Below, piece by piece: positions 51,856 to 64,000 of a stretch of 64,000 nucleotides of DNA. The notes beneath the pieces are model-generated. The model saw only the letters and a list, made by a program, of their open reading frames with translations. It ran no database searches and had not been told where the DNA came from. The position numbers and the translations under genes were made by a program. Origin of the DNA: Blastocystis sp. Blastoise (taxonomy: Eukaryota > Protista > Bigyra: Opalinata); contig JBBPEB010000033.1 of the NCBI GenBank assembly GCA_039096225.1, forward strand, positions 496,001 through 560,000, in the 5' to 3' direction. How positions within the stretch are numbered: the stretch's first letter is position 1; the number at the start of each line of letters is the position of its first letter.

Positions 51856-51938
51856 ATATATAATATAAAAATTCTATGTAAATATATATATATATATATA
51901 TAGTTCAATACAAGCAAGAGTTTGTCCATGATCCATAC

Positions 51939-51969
<31 letters not shown>

Positions 51970-52376
51970 TACAATAATAATAATATTAATAATAATAATA
52001 ATAATATATACCTAGATTAGCAGTAAGTTCATGTCCAATCATATGAGTAGCCCAATCTTCAGAAACACCACAAGCAATTAACTTATTAAGAGCCTATATA
52101 TATATATCATTTATATCATTTATGAGAAATTATACTATTAAAACTATCTATATAATACACTTATTGTTAATACTATATATATATACTTGAGTAGCAGCCC
52201 ACATGATATTAGCACGTGCTTGATAATCATTAGGATCAGTCATAAGTTTTGAACCCTATAATAATATATAATAATAATCATTATTCTTATTATTATTATT
52301 AAATATATCCGTTTTCAATAATTGTCATTAAAAGTCCTTCAGCGTATCTATCATTTACATCAGCTCCTATATATAC

Positions 52377-52441
<65 letters not shown>

Positions 52442-53329
52442 TAATGACTAATAATTTAGCCTGTTATTATAAACTGATTATAATAAGCATTATATATAAA
52501 AATCAACATATATATACCTTGAGGATAAGTAATATATTGTTCTAAGACATGTACCATAGAATCTACGACACCATTAGCAGTTTGTTTAGTAGGAAGAGAA
52601 TAAGTAGTGACAGGATCACAAATAGATACTATAGGAGATACTATAGGATTCATAAAAGAAGTCTTAATCTATATATAAAATGTATTATGATTTAAACAAT
52701 AAATTATGATGGAATCAAATAGACAGAATAGATTAATAGTTCATTTATTCTTCTGAGAACAATATAAAAAACACTAAAATAAATATATATTTATACATGT
52801 AATCTTCTGCAACTAACAACAGCACCAAAATTCATTTCACTACCAGTCTAATAAATATAAAATATAAAAATATTAAAAATATATTTAAAAATACGGCTGG
52901 AAGAGTCATGATATCATAAATAGGTAAAGCTCTAGTAACAAATTGTCCATGATTTTCAAGTATTTCCCAAGGATCTTCAGAATGATCATAAACAGAAGCA
53001 GCAGCAATAAATTTAGTACCATCTAAAATAGAGCCACCACCAACAGAAAGTAAACAACAATTTTCAGCACCTAATTCCTTAACTAAAGCGACACATTTCA
53101 TTAAAGTATCAAAATCAGGATTAGCTTCAATTCCCCAGAATTCTTTGATAGTATAACCTTCTAAAGCTTTAATAGTTTGATCATAAACACCATTTCTCCT
53201 GATACTACCACCACCACAAGTCATAACGACTATTTTATCCTTAGGAATGTAATTAGCAAGTTCTTTGATTTGTCCTTTACCAAAGACAATACGAGTAGGA
53301 TTTTGGAAGTTAAAATTATTCATAGGCAT
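51268..53329 (-). CDS. Iron-containing NAD(P)H-dependent alcohol/aldehyde dehydrogenase, YqhD/BdhA-like, 10 exons
   Basis: MNNFNFQNPTRIVFGKG, GGGSIRRNG, GIEANP, VGGGSILDGTKFIAA, TLPA|TGSEMN, DSMVHVLEQY, DWATHMIGHELTA, DHGQTLA. Confidence 0.95.
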
Positions 53330-54363
53330 TTTTAAAGTTTATTTGATTGAAATAAAGAGTTTAATAATTTAAAAAATATGTAATTCTATTTTTGTAAACA
53401 ATAATTTGAAGATACTATGATGCGTCATTGGTCAAAACTGGCTTTTTGTATTCAGAATTTATTTTATTTCATAAAAAAAAACAGTAACCGTTATTATTTT
53501 GTAGTAATCACTTTCAATTATATATTTATTGATGGAAAAGTATTTTATTATATAGAATAAACCGTCTATAGAGCCGATTAAATTCGTTTCTATTTTCATT
53601 TCCAAAATTTTCTAATTGACCACAAAATTAAAAGAATAAAAGAAATAGAACATTCTGATAACCAATCAAATGGTCTCTTTTGTTATTCGTTTTTTCATAA
53701 AAACACCCAAAATATATTATTTCATTTGGGTTTATCAAAATATATCCAATACAAGTAACCTACCCAAGAAGAACATTACTGTTATTCACAGGGTTCGTCA
53801 AATTGTACTATGAGTAGTGTTGCTGTTCGAAGTAAGTTTTTCTATATATTTTGAAAGCATTAATGTACCCACAAGAGAGTCTCGTGTAGAAAATTTGATT
53901 TCTAAAAAGACTATAAGATAAACCTTATAGGCACATTTTCTTATTTTTTTGATAGTTTTTGTCATCGAAATAGAATACTTTAAATATATGAACAGTTTTT
54001 ATATAATTGATTTGTATGTAGGTTAATATTCAAATAAAGATGATTTATTGAAATTATTATTCTGGAAATTAACTAGTTTCTTTTGAATATGTCGTATAAA
54101 CAAAGCAAAAAGGTTATTCAGAAATAATATCAATGCTTAGGTATACTATTCATAAAAAAGAGTTAAAGAAAATAGCAATTAACACATTTAATGACATAAA
54201 TTCTCTTATATAATTATATTCTATAATTCTGCATGTACGTATAATGTAAATGAATATAGAAAACATTATTTAATTCGTTTACTAAATAAGGAAAGAATTA
54301 TTTTAATCAAACATTATTCTTTTAAAAACTTAAAATAATTTTCCTTTTTTCACTAAATTCTTC

Positions 54364-56134
54364 ATGGAGGGAAGGAAGATTCCAAAGAGATCATATACAT
54401 TAGTGAATGTATCAGCGAATTTATTGAATGAAGCAAGTATATCTAAAGTATTAGGTGATGAATCAACATTAAGAGAGTCTATTCAGAATGAAAGTCAGCA
54501 AATACCATTCCAACTGCATTATGAAAATCCATTCACACCAAAAATAATGTTAGAAAGAAAAGAATCTAATGCATTATTATTAAAAGTGAGTTCTTGCGAT
54601 ATATCAAAGAATGCATCTGGTTACGAGGCATCTATAGTTGGAAGAAGTATGCTTATTATTTTAATAAATGATTAATAAAAGATATTTTTATATAGTTGAA
54701 TCAGAATATTCTACAGATTCATTAAGTGACTTTATTTATCTTCCGGAACGTCCATTAATTTCACATATAGGTGATTCTATTGTTCCTAATATATCTCTAT
54801 GTGATCATCCACCTGAGAGTATATGTTATGTGAATTCTCGTTGGTCTGTTTATAATAAGCCATTTTTATATAAATTTAAATCAAGACTTAATGAAGGAAT
54901 TGTTCATAATACGAGTGGAATGTGGTATGTATCTATTGATGATGAAATACCCAAAGAGCCAACATCAACCTATTTATTAACACAAAAGAATTTAGATAAT
55001 TCTTTGATAAATAGAATTCAATCTTTATTTAATACTCAACCTCTATGGACAAAAGTTGAACTAGCGAAGCAATTAGATGTATAATGCTATTATATATTAT
55101 TATATATATATATATATTTTTCTTATGATTATAATTATGTGTGTTTTAATATTATTTTTTATGATTATGATTTATATATTATATTTTAATTTAATTCTAT
55201 ATAAATATGTTTATAATATCCTATAGATAACTCAGGATATTCTTCGAAAATATTTACCTTCTTGTGCATATATGTATAGCGATGGTCCATTTAGACAACA
55301 ATGGGTTCAATATAATTATGATCCTAAAATACACCCTGAATGCTGGAAATATCAATATATAGATGTACGTATATCTCGGAAACCTACAAAAGAAGGAGTT
55401 CGAAAAGAAGATCCTCTTCCTCCATATATGGGTATCACCATCAATCAACGAAATAAAATACCTATTTATCTTCTCTATAATAATGAAGATTATACGGATA
55501 TATTATCTACTATTACTCCTCAATCTATATTTAATTCTGTACATGGATATTTACAAGAGAACTCGTTAAGAGCAGTTGCTGATTTATTTAAATCAAAATT
55601 ATTAACATTTTATGAATCTTTAGGCTATAATTGTAAAGGAGTATATATATGTATATTTTTTTGATTATATATATATGTAGTTTATTCTAAATCAATCCAA
55701 ACAAAAATATGCATTAAGAACTGATGGTATATATATAATAGACTATTATTATTTTTATTCTTTATTTCTATTGTTATTCGAACCAATAAACAAAAATCAT
55801 CAAGTAAATACATATACATAGTATTAAATCAATATATATAGATACATTTGATATATCTTCTATTCCTTCATTACCTATGGCTCCTCCTCAACCTCCTCCT
55901 ATTACACCTTCATCAAATACTCTATCTTATATACATAATAATATGAATACTATGAATCCTAGTTATATACCTGCATCACAACAATTACAATCCTTTGAAT
56001 TATTCTCATCATCTGATGATAGTGATAATAGTGATGATGATAATGATAATAGTGATAATAGTGATAATAATAATATGGATAATAATTTTATAGATGAAGA
56101 TCTTGAGGATGATCCTAATGACATAGATGTATAA
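54364..56134 (+). CDS. GTF3C5: TFIIIC subunit 5 (Tau95/Tfc1), 5 exons, acidic tail
   Basis: LHYENPF...SNALLLKV, SLSDFIY, LFNTQPLWTK, LPSCAYMYSDGPFRQQWVQYNYDP...YQYIDVR, D/E-rich C terminus. Confidence 0.85.
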
Positions 56135-56702
56135 AAGGAATAAAATAATATTATAAAATTTTTTCAATAAATATGTTTTTCTTATTGTAGTTGTGATTTT
56201 TTACTTTATATATACATTTTTTGTTTTATTATTATTTAAATAAATACTAAAAATAATCTAAAAATCATTGAATCTATTTCTAAATTTATCTATACTCATT
56301 CTAAACCAAATATTTCACATTTATAAAAAAATACCCTCTAAATGTATTTTTTATCATTAAAAAATATTAAAAGATTATTTATCTCATATCACTTTCATCA
56401 ATAAACATTAAATATTCACATTTAAGAAACACCATACCCATAATTCCCATTCCATTTCTTTTAATAATCTTATAATATTCCTTATACCTGTCCATAATCT
56501 CTAAAATTACCAAACAATCACAATAAAACCTAATTATTCTTCCAATAACAACAAATCTATGCCTTTATTTTCATCTCAATTCAACCACTTTCACTCTTTT
56601 TTTCATTCCCTCACTACCGTTTTTCCTCGCCTTTTCCCATCATCAGTTTTTCCTGATTTTCTATTTTAGCTTTTCAATTTTTAATTATCTTTAAACAAAG
56701 CA

Positions 56703-58061
56703 ATGAATTACTTTATCTTCATTTTCTTTATTATACTCTCTTCAGCTGCTTGTCCTAAGTATTATTATACTCCTTCTGGACAAGAGTCTTGTGTCTATTG
56801 CAACGGTGTTGTGTCTACTGGTGAAAATAACGAATCTCTATGTACTCCTTGTGCTGATGGATCTTTTGCTTATCATGGTGTATGTGTTTCTGCTACAGAA
56901 ACTTGTCCTAATGGAATTCCTTATGGTCAAACTTATGAAACGGAGACTGGTTGTGGTACTGGCTATTTCGGTATTACTACTGCTTCTTGTATTCAAGTTA
57001 ATAATGAATGGGTTGATTCTACAGAATATACAAATGGTTGTTTTGGTAATTCTCCTTTAAATAATGGATATCCTTTAGGTAAATCTGCTGTAAATATGCA
57101 ATTAGAAATATCTGGAGTAGATCCTAGTGCATTTAATACTGAAGCTAAATTGAATATTGTATATTCTGTATTAAATGCTTTTCCTTTTGCTATTGCTGAT
57201 ATTCAAATTGGTGGTATTATTAGTGTGAATGCGATTGGTGAAGAGCCTAAAGTTCGTATTTATCTTCGTATTGTGACTATGCAAACTTATTATTATATAT
57301 TCCAGAATTTAGTAACTATAGGAAATGTATATACAACTCCAAGTCAAGATATTACACATTATTTAAGAACTAATGGTAAATTATATTTCCATCAAGAAAT
57401 ACAAGCTAGTATAGTATATTGTGATTATATACAAGAACAAATAACTTGTGACGCTCCTACTGATTTACCTGAAGAATATATTTCTAAAGATTTATTTATT
57501 TTAGATGATATCTTATATTATAGTTGTTCTAATTATAATGATGTTGAAAACATAGGATTTGCTACACGAAAATGTTCAATTTCTGATAATACTGCTTTAT
57601 TTACTTCTTTAGAATATTCGAATTGTTATCCTAAATATCCTGCTATTGATTCTGATGTTGAATATATTGATTTTAAAGTTATATTAAATAAAATACCTTT
57701 AGTCTATATAAATTGTAATATTACTTCAGAATTATATCCTTTATTTGTTGAAATAGCAGGTACAAAATTAAATGATATGTTTATCTATGGATTTAGACCT
57801 CATCAAACGGAACAGTATTCTACTTCTACTGAAATGAGTATTCGTTATGTAGTTAAAAAGGATGAAATGCATTTATATGAAACAACAAAAACGATTAAAG
57901 AAGTATTAGTAAATCAATTAACTCTTGAAGAATTCAAACCTCTTATTCAAACGATTCGTGAAAAATTCAATTATTTAGATCCTAGTCGATTCCATGAATT
58001 TATGGTCGTTGAAATAAGCGATTTTACTGTAAATGGCATTCCTTTAGAAACTGAAAATTAA
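56703..58061 (+). CDS. Intronless secreted Cys-rich protein with two tandem (HRM-like Cys module + SEA-like alpha/beta) units
   Basis: 452-aa ORF with a signal peptide and no TM. Units are GCGTGYFGITTASC...W...GC + VNMQLEISGVD... and CS...IGFATRKC...F...NC + YIDFKVILNKIP... Confidence 0.75.
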   Translation: MNYFIFIFFIILSSAACPKYYYTPSGQESCVYCNGVVSTGENNESLCTPCADGSFAYHGVCVSATETCPNGIPYGQTYETETGCGTGYFGITTASCIQVNNEWVDSTEYTNGCFGNSPLNNGYPLGKSAVNMQLEISGVDPSAFNTEAKLNIVYSVLNAFPFAIADIQIGGIISVNAIGEEPKVRIYLRIVTMQTYYYIFQNLVTIGNVYTTPSQDITHYLRTNGKLYFHQEIQASIVYCDYIQEQITCDAPTDLPEEYISKDLFILDDILYYSCSNYNDVENIGFATRKCSISDNTALFTSLEYSNCYPKYPAIDSDVEYIDFKVILNKIPLVYINCNITSELYPLFVEIAGTKLNDMFIYGFRPHQTEQYSTSTEMSIRYVVKKDEMHLYETTKTIKEVLVNQLTLEEFKPLIQTIREKFNYLDPSRFHEFMVVEISDFTVNGIPLETEN

Positions 58062-58267
58062 AAAAGTGTTTTATTTTTTAAAATTATTCTTGTTTCTTTT
58101 ATAATTCTTGTTTTGTTTTGTATGACGATCATTATTATAATAACATTACAAAATAATTAGAAGAAAATATATATATATATTAATAAATGTAAACGAATAT
58201 TAATAAAAATAATATTTGAAATATATATACTATTATAGAACAATAAAGAATAGAATAAAATTATCTT

Positions 58268-58799
58268 TTAATTAACTTGATGATAACAAGAAGAATAAGT
58301 TTCAAAATCAGTATATTTCTCTTTGGCATATATAACTAATGGCTTATATTGTTCTTCAGAAATGCCATGTTCTTTTAGAAGTTCTATGGATATATAAAGT
58401 GCTTTGATTTTAGGAACAGGAATAGAAGAAAGAGAATCAAAAAGAGATATAATCTTTTCAGGATTTGAATGTTGGCAATACTATATATATTATAAAATTA
58501 TTTTAAATAGATACATAAATATATAATATATAGAAATCATAAAATAAATGTATTAATAATAATTATAACTATATATATATATATATACAATAGCCATTTG
58601 GCATATATTTTCAAGTGTAGGAGTAACAGTAGAATAAGAGGTATTGGCATATTCATCAAGTGACTGAGTACTTAATATCGACTGAATCTTTCTCTCAAAT
58701 AACTATAGCATTGTATATATAATAGTAATATTATAGAGTAAGAATTATATATATGAATAAGAATATAGTAATATAATATATATAAATAAGAAATAAAGT

Positions 58800-58843
<44 letters not shown>

Positions 58844-59541
58844 TATTTTAGCTTTACCCATAGTATCATAGAGTTGTTGAATGGTATATATAGCGTTATA
58901 TAAATAAGGAGAATGAACGTCTACATCACTCATAGCAACTAAAGTTTTAAGCATATTTCCATAATCTTTTTTAGCTACAAATAATGAGAATACTTTATCT
59001 AAAATCTCCATATTCCCGTGGGGATGAGTTAATAAGAGAAGAGCCGTAGGTAAAGCATCTTGAAGAGGTGTACCAGTAGTACTCTTTTTAATTCCCTTGG
59101 GATCCATATCATCTTCATAATCAATAGTAGACTTATGAGGCTATATATACATACATATATATATATATATATAATAAGCATATATATATATATATACTTC
59201 AGGAACAAAAACTTCTTCTTTAGCAGGCTTAGGAATAGGACTATATATAGATATAATAAGTATATATATATATATATACTGTTTATCTAATTCCAAATAG
59301 CAGTTAATAGCGCCAACAGCAGCACGTGTGAAGTATTTATGATGATATATATTATCAACAGACTCAACTAAATTAAGGAAGCTTCTCCACGTGCCCTTAC
59401 GGAACACATATCCAAGGAAATCAAACTGATCATCGACAAAGGTCTGGAAATGAGTTAATATATTACCATACATCTTAAGTGCCATAGGAATATTATGAAG
59501 ACGATAATAAGCATCTCCCATCTCTATTTCATACCAATTTA

Positions 59542-59580
<39 letters not shown>

Positions 59581-60712
59581 AATATAATAATAATAATAAT
59601 AAATAGAATGCTATCATGTATATATATATATATATATATACTTGAAGAAGAGTGAGGTCGATACGAAGTGGAATCTTGTCCTTCGTCCAATAACTAAGAA
59701 CCTCATCTGCCTATATATATATAATAATAATAAATATAATAATATGTATAATAATTAATATAATAATAATTAATATAATATAATATAATATAATATATAC
59801 CTTATCAATATTATTAGCACGAAGTAACGCCTTACAGTATAATGTATTCATATAACGATCTGCAAGATCAATCGAACTTGCTTCATTCATACCGCGTACA
59901 CAGCCCGCCACATCACCTATATATATAATAATAATAATAATTGATATACAGAAAGAATCAATATATATATATATATATATATATATTAATTAATTGATAT
60001 ACAGAATGAATCAATATATATATATATACCTCTATGTTTGGCAATTTTGCTTTGTAATATAAATACATCGCTGGAAGTAGGAGAATGAGCGAGTGCTAAA
60101 GCGATATACTTATCGCATTCATCATAGAGATGTTTTATATCATAGATTTGAACTAAAAGATAATATGTCCAAAAGAGAGTCATTGGTTCTTCTTCAAGAA
60201 TATCGTTATTCCCGCGGGGAGCATCGCCTTCAAATAGTGGTAATGTATTCGTTTGTTTAAGAGAATCGACAAAGGAAAGAAGAAGAGATTCAATAGCTAA
60301 TAATTTCTTATTATCCTTAAGAAGGAGTGGTTTAATAGAATTCAAAAATGAAGGTATTCCCTTACGGACAGCTTTACGTAGAATAGGCTGAATATGGTTA
60401 ATGAATGCGTCATCGGTATATATATAGAGGAGAATGGTTTTAGGAGCATGCGCACGAGGTAAACGAGAGATTAAAGAGAGATACATCGATATAAGAGAGG
60501 ATCTCTATATATATAGATATATAGATATATATATTGATAGTATAATAGTATATGGAGATATAAAGTTATACTATGAATTACATATATTGTTATTATAATA
60601 ATATATATATATATACTTGTTGTTCTGTAAGAGTGAGGGTTGTGGAGGGAAGTTCTTGGCGGGATTCCGAAGTATAGAGATCAGGCATTTGAAGAAGACA
60701 ACTATATATATT

Positions 60713-60775
<63 letters not shown>

Positions 60776-60895
60776 ATTCTAATCCACGATAAAACTTATA
60801 GTTTTCAGCATTAGCTATATAAATATAATATATATATATGATAAACATAAACATACAATTTAATAATTCCATGAAAGTGTTATTTGCCTTATCAA

Positions 60896-60939
<44 letters not shown>

Positions 60940-61048
60940 TGATTAGTAAGTAGATATAATTCTGCCTCCATCTCTTGAGCGATAGAATCATCTAAAATAT
61001 CAGGGTAACCTGACTATATATATATATATATATAACATGATTTATAAC

Positions 61049-61082
<34 letters not shown>

Positions 61083-62204
61083 TATTAAATAATCATAATA
61101 ATTCATATTATATATATATACTAAAGTATCAAGTGCTAATTGATATTGTTTATTAGTTTTATATATAATTGCTTTAAATAAAATCATTTCTTGATCAATG
61201 AAATTAGGTTTACGATCCTTTTCTAAAGTATCTAAGAAAGAATTTAATATCTATATATATATTATTATTAATAGTATATAATATTATAATTTAATATAAT
61301 ATAATAATAATAAGCATATAATAATAATACACATATAATAAACATATAATAAACATATAACAATACATATAATAATCCTATATATACGGAGATAGCATTA
61401 TCATAGTCTTTAGTCATATAACAACCATATACAAGACCCATCCAGAATTGAGATTGAGAAGGACGTAATTGTAATAAACTAGCTTTACTCTTACGGAAAC
61501 CAGCATAATCACGGGTCTAAGGAGAAATATACAGGATAAAATAGAGAAAAACATGATTATTTATAAATAATAGTAGTGAAGAATAGTTATAGAAAAGTAT
61601 AATAAGCAAATCAGTGTATATAAAAAGTCATTATTTGTTTCATAAAAAATAATAATAATTAATCAAAATAAATACTTGAAGTTGTATAGAAGAGAGATCA
61701 ATGAGAATTTGAACATTTTCAGGATCTAAAGCTAATGCTTTTGTATAAGCAATCTTGGCTTCAGCCCATCTCCTAGAAAAGTATAAATATATAAATAACT
61801 ATTAGGTAAGAACGAATGATATACTTCATTGTTTTATGGAAAATACCATAAACATGCCAAACTATATGAGAAGAAGGATCAAGTTCTATACCTTTCTTGA
61901 GTAAAGGTTCTCCTTCCTTTTCATTATTCTTATTAGAGAAAATCATGATTCCCTTAAGTGACCAAGTTTCTAAAAAGATGTATAGAAGAGTAGAAAAAGA
62001 GAAATGCATACTACCACTATCTGGACATGTTTTTAATATTTGATCTACAATTTTCAGACCTTTTTTATATTCGCTATCTTCATAGCATTTCTAAAAAATG
62101 ATATAAAGTAGAAACAATCAGCATACAACAGCTTGGTTAAACATATTTTCTTCATGCTTTGGTAAAGGCTTACCAGTAGGTTTCGTGTAAGCAACAGGTA
62201 CCAT
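58268..62204 (-). CDS. NAA15: NatA N-terminal acetyltransferase auxiliary subunit NAA15/Nat1 (TPR), about 18 exons
   Basis: KCYEDSEYKKGLKIVDQILK, SHIVWHVYG, RKGIPSF, KIAKHRG, DLADRYMNT, DDQFDFLGYVFRKGT, DMDPKG. Confidence 0.93.
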
Positions 62205-62432
62205 TCTTTAAAAAGAATATTTAACAAAAAAACAAAATTGAAAATAATTAATGAAAAAAATGCACCAAACTCTCAAATGTGAGAAATAGGTTCTTAAGAA
62301 AAAGAAAATGAAAGTAGGCAAGAAAACATGAAAACCGCGGGTTGATTCGGTCTATGGATGGCAATAATTTTCATTAATTCTTAAGTCATTAATTTGTATA
62401 TTTTTGCCAAGTCGATATTGATAACAATAAAA
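62205..62432. promoter_or_regulatory. Short bidirectional promoter (NAA15 / SEC14) containing AACCGCGGGTT
   Basis: Divergent ATGs about 229 bp apart; GC-rich near-palindrome at 62333. Confidence 0.55.
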
Positions 62433-63900
62433 ATGGAGCATTTTTGTATTCCTGAAGCTAAAAGAAATGATGTAAAACAATTGAGAGACTATTTGAAGAA
62501 TGAATTATGTATTTTATTATTCATAAGTATGTTATTATGAATAGTACTTGAGGAGAATCTAGAGGACCAACTTTTATATAGATATTTATATGTTTATAAC
62601 ATGAATATCAAGAAGGCAGGTAAGCGAATTTTTAGTTATAATTATATTTCTTAGGAAATCAAATAAAGAGAATGTTACATTGGAGAACTGAGAATAATAT
62701 GGATCATATCCTTGAAGATAAAGAAGTTGAGAAAGTATAATGGATAACTTGTTCTATGAATATTGATATATTTTAGGTAGAATATGAATTAAGTAAGAAT
62801 CTCATGTATAGAATTCATGGTCAAGATGCTTTAGGAAGAGTATTTCTCTTTATTTCTTTATTTCTTATTTCTCTGTAGCCTACAACAATTATAAATATCG
62901 GACGTTGTGATCTTCGTTTTATTATGAAAGTATTTATATATAGGAATAATTGATATATATATATATATTATTATCATACTTAGCAATTTTCTCAAAATGA
63001 TATTGTAAGAGCTCATTTGTATTATGATGAAGTTGTAGATCAATTATCTATTAGTATATATTATGTTTATTATGTTATTATTATTTTGTTTATTATGTTT
63101 ATTATGTTTATTATGTTTATTTTAGTTAATATTTTCTGAGAATTACTTTTTATTATGTTTCTTGTGTATTCTATATGTGTCTATTCCGTTATTAGTTATA
63201 TTTATTATTCTTATTATTATAATTACTACTATTCTTATTATTATAATTACTATTATATAAATAGAGTATGCTAAAGAGAAAGGATATGATTATATCGGTA
63301 ATTGTACTATTGTTGATCTAGAAGGTCTCTCTGTATATAAACATATGGATCTCTCGGCTGTTCAACTCTTAGGTGTATATATATATATATATATAATATT
63401 ATTTATATTATTCATCATATATAATATATGAAGAATCTATTTAATTATCTATAAACAACAACTTTCTTATTCAATTGAATATTACAGTATATATATATAT
63501 AGAAGATCGTTGATATATATAGTAATTATTATCCTGAAACAGCAGACCTCGTCTTAGTAGTCAATGCTCCCTCTATCTTCTCCTTCTTCTGGTCTAGTAT
63601 ATATATATACATATATATATATTATAATTCATATTCAATAATATCTCTTTTTTATCAAGTTTCTGTTATTTACTTTTATTTAATTGATTTATATATATAT
63701 AGTTATCAGTCCATTCTTCTCCGATTTACAAAAGAAAAAATTGAAAATTTTAAAAGACTAGTATATTATTATTATTATTATAAAACATATATATAGTTCA
63801 GAATTGAAGGTATATTTTAAAGAAGAGAATATTCCCGCTATATATGGAGGGAAATGTAATTGTAAAGATGGGTGTGTCATCGGTAAATCAACTCAAAATG

Positions 63901-63931
<31 letters not shown>

Positions 63932-64000
63932 ACTCTATTGATTATCTTATAAATCACTATATGTGTATATATAGGGTAATATTCATTCAGATATTGTCAA
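62433..64000 (+). CDS. SEC14/CRAL-TRIO lipid-binding protein, 3'-truncated by the window
   Basis: DQLLYRYL, MLHWR, HGQDALGR|P, IVDLEGL, NYYPET...VVNAPSIFSFFW, NIPAIYGGKCNCKDGC. Confidence 0.88.

Noticed and set aside
53810-53921. Possible tiny spliced ORF (MSSVAVR|KNLISKKTIR) upstream of GTF3C5
   Set aside because: Only 17 aa with no recognisable similarity; cannot be supported without RNA data.

Overview
This is gene-dense, very AT-rich (about 20% GC by eye), intron-rich eukaryotic DNA. It is most consistent with an anaerobic gut stramenopile of the Blastocystis/Opalinata type; that is an inference from He_PIG/HRM surface proteins, a bacterial YqhD-like ADH carrying introns, AT-AC minor introns and TGTTTGTT-like 3' motifs. 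I traced 19 protein-coding genes by hand: a partial HRM/He_PIG surface protein, PIG-B, SNAPC1, TFIP11, a 23x HRM-repeat membrane protein, UBE4/Ufd2, homocysteine S-methyltransferase, a KH protein, ATP23, an ABHD17-like hydrolase, a TMX2-like protein, an unknown 2-TM protein, a degenerate S33 hydrolase, a 17x six-Cys-repeat secreted protein, an Fe-ADH, GTF3C5, an intronless secreted protein, NAA15 and a partial SEC14-like gene. Most short ORFs in the supplied track are intronic microsatellite read-through. Four observations stand out. (1) A GC-rich quasi-palindromic motif (TTCCCGYG, full form TTCCCGCGGGAA) recurs inside coding exons on both strands and in several frames. (2) Several introns placed by homology have non-canonical ends (GT-AC, TT-AG, GG-AG, CT-AG), and two look U12-type (AT-AC, AT-AA). 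(3) Microsatellite invasion is confined to gene-body introns beyond roughly 0.5 kb from the start codon. (4) There are long arrays of HRM and of an unusual six-Cys module. No rRNA, tRNA, CRISPR array or transposon was recognised.
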